In this document: positions 61,058-64,000 of the stretch, piece by piece
How the letters are laid out: each line of letters begins with the position of its first letter
Numbering within the stretch: position 1 is the stretch's first letter
NCBI RefSeq assembly: GCF_001194135.2
Contig: NC_068996.1
Coordinates: 52,125,445-52,189,444 of the forward strand
Reading direction: 5' to 3'
DNA length: 64,000 bases
Source: Octopus bimaculoides
Taxonomy: Eukaryota
Notes under the pieces: model-generated
Seen by the model: the letters and a program-made list of their open reading frames with translations, nothing else
Database searches by the model: none
What the model was told of the DNA's origin: nothing
Translations under genes and position numbers: made by a program

Positions 61058-62660
61058 TATTAGATAAAGATAGTTATGGCTGGTCTATGGGGCTACCCCG
61101 AGTTTCATGTCCATCTAGCATTTTAGCTTTATGGTATTTCTTCAGACTAGAACCTCTCTTCAAAGTGGATAGAGAAGAGACCTCGTAACTTGTTATGTAT
61201 GTGTGTATGTACACACACACACATGCCTGTGTATTCGTGTGAATGAGTTCACATTTTCTCTCATCACATGTGTTTGCTGACAGTAAACAACAGTTTCACT
61301 ATCAATACAGGTGATGGTGTCAGTGGCAGAGTGGTGGTGGTGGTGGTTGCAGTGATAGTATATCTGTCTGTTCAGTCAACTTTTATAATCCATTCTAGTA
61401 CAGTTGTTCATCATCTGCAGTGTGTGTTTGTGTATTCGATTGACAAACTCTTGTGTTCCAAATCAACTTCTGCTCACCTTGTTTACCCAGCAGCACCTTC
61501 TGTCCTGTAAAATTTACAAGTTGTGACTAATCCAATATTTTTAAATGGCTGGGTCGGGGTGGAAGACATTCTGCTTACTATTCCACAATGTCATTATAAA
61601 CATAAACAATCACATCACTGAAATCTTGAAACTATGAGATAATGCATGATTAATTCAAAGCAATGTGAATAATTAGAAATGATCTAATTATAAATCCCAC
61701 AGAGAGATTTATGCAGCAGTGTTACGATAAAGCAGTTGTAAATTGTCAACTTAATGTGACAGTCCCAATTTGAATAAGTATTATGTTTAACAGACTACGC
61801 TGAATGCTAAAGGCTTTATCTGGCCATATCTTGCCCAAATATTCTACTTGTTATATGTTGAAACTGGCCAGATCCAACCTCTCACACTTACCCTACAATG
61901 TCATTCTAAAAAATAAATAATCACAGCATTGAAATTTCAAATCTACAAGATGATTAATTCAGAAGAATATCATTGTATGAGCAATACAATTGGCAGAATA
62001 ACCTGAAAACTGAAGGGTTAAAAGCTAAGAACAGGAAAATGAGTCAATAAATTGAAATTTTAGGATAGGAAAACATGAAAATGCAGTTTGGAGTGGATGG
62101 TTGAAATATCTTTGTTATTTTCACCTGACAATGTTGAAGACCCACCTCTAATACACTTTCTATATTTTCTAAATACAATCAACATGGATTTATCTCCCTT
62201 ACTTTTATATTTTAAGCACACTGAGAGGATTTTTTTTGTCTATTAATTGCAGCAATAATCCTAGTTAATCAAAACTTTTCAACTCACAGTATTACATGTG
62301 TTAAACCCTACTATATCTGTATTTAGTATCGAGAATACTTGCCTAGGGTATTTTCCTTCAGTCATATTATTAATGTTCTAATCAGCACCACTATATTCTC
62401 TCCCATTTGCAAATACTGACGATGATGTATACTTTGTTTACAATTTGTGACTCTTGCAGTTACACATCCGATTTTCACTTCATTCACTTGGTGACAATAT
62501 AACATTTACACACCATTACACACATGAGAGACCCTACTGTATTTGTTTGTATTCAGATTGATAACTGGTGGCCAAGATGGAAATGTTAAAATATGGAACT
62601 ACAATAGTGGACTTTGTTTAAAAGAACTCACCAAGAAGAAAAAGGAAGAACTTATTGATG
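16728..62660 (+). CDS. Multi-exon gene for an EF-hand + WD40-repeat protein, WDR49(CFAP337)/EFCAB8/WDR64/WDY family; 3' end lies beyond the window
   Basis: Exons listed below have canonical AG/GT ends, and their phases join continuously from 24261 to 62660. The translation shows the EF-hand motif IDALFMKID..G.IT..FCTY and WD40 motifs (FDFNKKKNILVTGGMDRLIRIWNPY, HGHSAPIF, SHSDPVTSVKYN, LITGGQDGNVKIWNYNSG) in the order known for this family. Exact orthology needs BLAST or a tree. Confidence 0.9.
17605..17642 (+). CDS. Possible small exon ISEIDVHIYFEH(L)
   Basis: tttcctag acceptor in phase 0, matching the previous exon, and a gtatgc donor. IxxEHL resembles the helix that precedes the first EF-hand in this family. 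Speculative. Confidence 0.35.
18552..18673. mobile_element. Tc1/mariner-type mini-MITE
   Basis: TA-cagtgtgtccaca..ggtacatg / catgtacc..tgtggacaccctg-TA. Confidence 0.75.
19606..19796 (-). mobile_element. Penelope-terminus-like repeat carrying a hammerhead-like motif
   Basis: Reverse-complement copy of 37273-37478; motif cagttgaagagcgtagctcaaaacgtc at 19689-19715. Confidence 0.6.
20465..21693 (+). mobile_element. Internally deleted mariner (DD34D-type) with a nested SINE
   Basis: Imperfect TIRs with TA ends. The N-terminus reads MEQRYCIKFCQKLGK..TIKKIQKAFGDDAMG and the C-terminus SPDLALCDFWLFSKLKKTLKGRRF. The central catalytic region is missing. Confidence 0.9.
20755..21142 (+). mobile_element. 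tRNA-derived SINE (agtggaggcgcaatggccc family) with a 10-bp TSD
   Basis: TSD ctatgggaaa at 20745-20754 and 21143-21152; reverse copy at 56951-57322. Confidence 0.92.
22594..22608 (+). CDS. 3' end of an exon mostly hidden in the gap 22112-22593 (...GNVVK)
   Basis: GGA AAT GTA GTA AAG/gtatat lies right after the Ns. It is phase 0 and joins to ETEIDALFMKID. The first EF-hand is otherwise missing from the visible sequence. Confidence 0.6.
23085..23480 (+). mobile_element. Two tandem degenerate tRNA-derived SINEs (ggcagtgagctggcagaatc family)
   Basis: Shared gcagaatcattagc...ttctgagttcaaat heads; relatives at 33420-33675 (-) and 37600-37805 (+). Confidence 0.75.
24261..24479 (+). CDS. EF-hand exon ETEIDALFMKIDFNAVGSITLNQFCTYV...PHREPICRL...TCSE
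   Basis: tttttttag acceptor, gtttgt donor, 73 codons, phase 0-0, family EF-hand motif. Confidence 0.92.
24910..25133 (+). repeat. Templated insertion: copy of 23868-24044 plus an 18-bp inversion, flanked by a 14-bp direct repeat
   Basis: ggttaaccatattc at 24910-24923 and 25120-25133; hairpin 24928-24968; body matches the upstream source with few mismatches. Confidence 0.85.
28012..28385 (+). mobile_element. SINE (aggcgcagg family), internally deleted
   Basis: Matches the family head and tail. Confidence 0.88.
30178..31062. mobile_element. Foldback mariner derivative built from two 5' ends
   Basis: Termini ggtctgatcaataagtatc in inverted orientation. The minus strand encodes the HTH region (CSEAYAKLQKVYGE..KVYKWFRRF..GRP....ELSEDVQIS..VQSIITEDLGMRRMSAKFVPKLIS). 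The left arm repeats the first roughly 250 bp. Confidence 0.88.
31440..32300 (-). mobile_element. Non-autonomous Helitron/Helentron-like element; related ends at about 2180-2270 and 2400-2590
   Basis: The minus strand begins atctatactataa followed by a (TGAT)n microsatellite, the usual layout of such elements. No 3' hairpin confirmed because of the gap. Confidence 0.45.
32512..32571 (+). CDS. Exon HGIVSFWSSMSTLRKKKRIV
   Basis: ttttacag acceptor, gtaagc donor, 60 nt, phase 0-0, WD strand G.V.FW. Confidence 0.88.
33773..33858 (+). CDS. Exon NPNPERRTPKWITDFLIMSKYNKLMVGT(G)
   Basis: ttttttccag acceptor, gtgagt donor, phase 0-2, family motif PKWITDF. Confidence 0.92.
34087..34197 (+). repeat. 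(CAT)n microsatellite, an expanded SINE tail; many (TA)n, (CA)n and (AG)n arrays occur throughout
   Basis: About 35 CAT units directly adjoining a minus-strand SINE 3' end. Confidence 0.95.
36835..37478 (+). mobile_element. Probable 3' end of a Penelope-like element with two hammerhead-like motifs
   Basis: LPRGL (P.GLN-like GIY-YIG tail) and an ORF end at about 36943; motifs ctgaagag-gca..tgc-gaa at 36944 and 37354-37381. A second copy of the distal part lies at 19606-19796. Confidence 0.5.
39462..39554 (+). CDS. Exon (G)NREIQFFEISSFHPYCQISNFESIPLRLDY(A)
   Basis: tctttcag acceptor, gtatgt donor, 93 nt, phase 2-2, family motif REIQFFE..PYCQI. Confidence 0.92.
39859..40904 (+). mobile_element. 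Tc1/mariner DD37D (maT) transposase pseudogene; 3' end in the gap
   Basis: TA-cagggt start; motifs HPVNIMVFGVI, QQDSAPCH and WPHNSPDCNPLDYYVW with exactly 37 residues between the 2nd and 3rd Asp. The first Asp is mutated (FSNKK); stops and frameshifts are present. Confidence 0.92.
41310..41740 (-). mobile_element. RTE LINE fragment (post-RT C-terminus)
   Basis: KWQDKISNVKILAKCNVSSIQSMLLRIQNRWVGHVIQIKD and RYKNKLKQSLK motifs. Confidence 0.85.
42420..42811 (+). mobile_element. RTE LINE fragment (RT N-terminus), cut by a SINE
   Basis: MKTGKTPEPS...KMLK and IPNNWYNNVIVNCYKCKGD, matching KAPGP...IP.DW...IV..YKGKGD. Confidence 0.8.
42812..43225 (+). mobile_element. Full-length SINE (aggcgcagg family)
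   Basis: Complete head, (TA/TG)n core and aaaagagt tail. Confidence 0.92.
43856..43948 (+). CDS. Exon AMPDDQCVIIFGDMDGQINILSIKSVGECL(R)
   Basis: tatttcag acceptor, gttgta donor, 93 nt, phase 2-2, family motif FGD..G.INIL. Confidence 0.9.
46889..47009 (+). CDS. Exon LWKKKPKHENFIASVSLRSIISNPNIRFVCWTVHEDWVQQ
   Basis: ctctaaag acceptor, CAG/gtaaga donor, phase 2-0, family motif W.VH.DWV. Confidence 0.92.
47487..47790 (-). mobile_element. SINE with RTE-like (ATC)n tail
   Basis: Reverse complement of the 1-268 and 58620-59090 family. Confidence 0.88.
47902..48003. repeat. 102-bp near-perfect palindrome
   Basis: actattagtttcatgtgttgagagcatgccaaacagtgttttttaacaca / tgtgttaaaaaacactgtttggtatgctctcagcacatgaaactaatagt; 2 substitutions, 2-nt loop. 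Confidence 0.92.
48678..48747 (+). CDS. Exon VKYCPQIKQVISCSNDANSALVI(G)
   Basis: ttttcag acceptor, gtatac donor, phase 0-1. Confidence 0.9.
50198..50500 (-). mobile_element. tRNA-derived SINE (gcgaaggcgcatggctcagtgg) inserted into a piggyBac-type MITE
   Basis: A box tggctcagtgg, B box gctcgaatccc, and tgggccag on both flanks (TSD). Confidence 0.85.
50740..51050 (-). mobile_element. SINE related to the agtggaggcgc family
   Basis: The head gtggaggcacatagcctagtggttag and the central tctcactctttcctcctgc are shared with 20755-21142. Confidence 0.75.
51389..51583 (+). CDS. Exon CTISSVDVEQQMKF...DQTTFKVHKGVKCFDFNKKKNILVTG(G)
   Basis: tacaacag acceptor, gtatga donor, phase 1-1, WD40 motif. Confidence 0.93.
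52258..52480 (+). mobile_element. Possible pogo/Tigger-like MITE remnant
   Basis: TA-cagtaatccctc start typical of this group; the right end was not identified. Confidence 0.35.
54123..54165 (+). CDS. Exon MDRLIRIWNPYVP(G)
   Basis: cattttag acceptor, gtatgt donor, phase 1-2; completes TGGMDRLIRIWNPY. Confidence 0.93.
55005..55110 (+). CDS. Exon KPTDILHGHSAPIFYVYYSEEDNWIFSVSSDKCIK
   Basis: tcttcag acceptor, AAG/gtaagg donor, phase 2-0, GH..PI WD40 motif. Confidence 0.93.
56685..56842 (+). CDS. Exon VWNATDYSCINTVRPKSHLIHGDLSTVYY...LSMKIKS(K)
   Basis: Poly-T ag acceptor, gtatat donor, phase 0-2, motif C..TVRPKSH.I.GDL. Confidence 0.9.
56951..57322 (-). mobile_element. SINE (agtggaggcgcaatggccc family) with a 13-bp TSD
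   Basis: tata(g/a)aagaatat at 56938-56950 and 57323-57335; reverse complement of 20755-21142. Confidence 0.92.
58620..59092 (+). mobile_element. SINE with RTE-like (GAT)n tail
   Basis: Same family as 1-268. Further copies or relatives lie at 22886-23045, 28835-28985, 34087-34400, 34575-34845, 35455-35785, 41830-42020, 43510-43770, 59575-59720 and 60540-60930. Confidence 0.88.
59186..59294 (+). CDS. Exon PCLVSLFDIATSHSDPVTSVKYNKIFKHIVTSSEGS
   Basis: ctctttcag acceptor, gtaagt donor, phase 2-0. Confidence 0.92.
60028..60134 (+). CDS. Exon EVKVWDVVTGSFISQFGHAHGEKAVTCMNFDESLR(R)
   Basis: gattacag acceptor, gtgaga donor, phase 0-2, WD40 motif KVWD..TG and AHG...TCM.FD. Confidence 0.93.
62557..62660 (+). 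CDS. Exon LITGGQDGNVKIWNYNSGLCLKELTKKKKEELID; last exon visible in the window
   Basis: tattcag acceptor, phase 2 start, WD40 motif. The donor gtattt is the most plausible but is less certain. Confidence 0.88.
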
Positions 62661-63159
62661 GTATTTATATTTGCTTTTTGTTTTTGCAGAAAATCTATTC
62701 TGTAATTCTTTCTGTTAAGTCTTTCTGTTATTAGAATGTGTGTGATAACATTGATTCACATTTCTAGCAAATGTGGAAATTGAAATATAAATTGCCAAAT
62801 TTTAGCTGTAGAATTGCTGTAGGAAAATATTAATGTTATAGATATCAATTGCTTGAGGTTCATATGTTCTTTTGAGATGTTATTCTTAATGATCTAAGTT
62901 CCATTTATTTAATTCCCATATCTCTATAATCCTTCTAAAATCTTACATTAATGTGTAGACTGTGTCTTGCTGATGGGATCGAATAAAATTAAAACATGTT
63001 CAGATTTCTAACTGAAGTACCAAAGGCCAAATTCAGTCCCTACTGCATTTTATAGTTAATTTAAAATATATGTTGTCCCTCTTGCTCTTTATGACCAGAA
63101 TCACTCATTAAGATAATAATTGTTTCATATGACAAATAATCACTTCATATATCTCTTTA

Positions 63160-63580
63160 CTCTCTCTTTTACTCTTTTACTTGTTTCTGTCATTTGACTG
63201 TGGCCATGCTGGAGCACCGCCTTTAGTCGAGTATATCGACCCCAGGACTTGTTCTTTGTAAGCCTAGTACTTATTCTATCGGTCTTTTTTGCCGAACCGC
63301 TAAGTTACGGGGGACGTAAACACACCACCATCGGTTGTCAAGCGATGGTTGGGGGAACAAACACAGACACACAAACATATACACACACATACATATACGC
63401 ATATATACACATATGCGACAGGCTTCTTTCAGTTTCCGTCTACCAAATCCACTCACAAAGCTTTGGTCGGCCTGAGGCTATAGTAGAAGACACCTGCCCA
63501 AGATGCCACGCAGTGGGAATGAACGCAGAACCATGTGGTTGGTAAGCAAGTTACTTACCACACAGCCACTCCTGTGCCTA
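63160..63580 (-). mobile_element. Full-length SINE (aggcgcagg family)
   Basis: Reverse complement of 42812-43225. Confidence 0.92.
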
Positions 63581-64000
63581 TATATATATATATATATNNN
63601 NNNNNNNNNNNNNNNNNNNNNNNNNNNNNNNNNNNNNNNNNNNNNNNNNNNNNNNNNNNNNNNNNNNNNNNNNNNNNNNNNNNNNNNNNNNNATATCTCT
63701 GGTATATAATCAGTCACAAAATTACCATTGGTCTCACTTCTACTATTGCACTTGACAATATTGATGAGTTAACAGGTACACTGGCCAGAGGCACCTAGCC
63801 TTAGTGGTGCAAAAAATTTTTAAAAATAAAAAACCCTTTTCTGAGAGGGAAAAAAAGTATTGCCTGCCATTATAGCTGAAGAGAGGCAGTCGTATCTGCA
63901 TATGTTTTTTTCCATTTAGTCTTCAAAAGGAGAACACCTCATTTCCAAAATGAATTTTCCATCGTGAGAGCAGCAACTAAAAATTTCACTTTCTGAGTTC

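Noticed and set aside
241-63798. Most ORFs in the six-frame track (YIYI, HTHT, SLSL, poly-S/D/X peptides)
   Set aside because: They are translations of microsatellites, SINEs or N-gaps, with no splice or homology support.

Overview
AT-rich, microsatellite- and SINE-dense animal genomic DNA with about 15 assembly gaps. The repeat families, TTAGGG repeats and composition point to a cephalopod, probably Octopus (inference). The main feature is one multi-exon gene on the + strand, running from about 16.4 kb to beyond the window end. It encodes an EF-hand + WD40-repeat protein of the WDR49(CFAP337)/EFCAB8/WDR64/WDY family. I could assemble 15 complete coding exons; from 24261 to 62660 their GT-AG phases join without a break. 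One more exon lies mostly inside an N-gap and one small exon is speculative. The rest is transposon debris: several tRNA-derived and RTE-tailed SINE families, two mariner derivatives, a DD37D (maT) element, a Penelope GIY-YIG fragment, RTE and R4/Dong LINE fragments, a probable solo LTR and several MITEs. The most unusual items are: a MITE with head-to-head telomeric repeats at its core; a palindromic element that contains a tRNA-Thr-like gene; hammerhead-like motifs in Penelope-type termini; a templated insertion with a 14-bp flanking direct repeat and an inversion; a foldback mariner made of two 5' ends; and a paired, inverted X-box-like site at the putative promoter. I found no CRISPR array, rRNA gene or convincing functional tRNA, and no clearly new multi-gene system.
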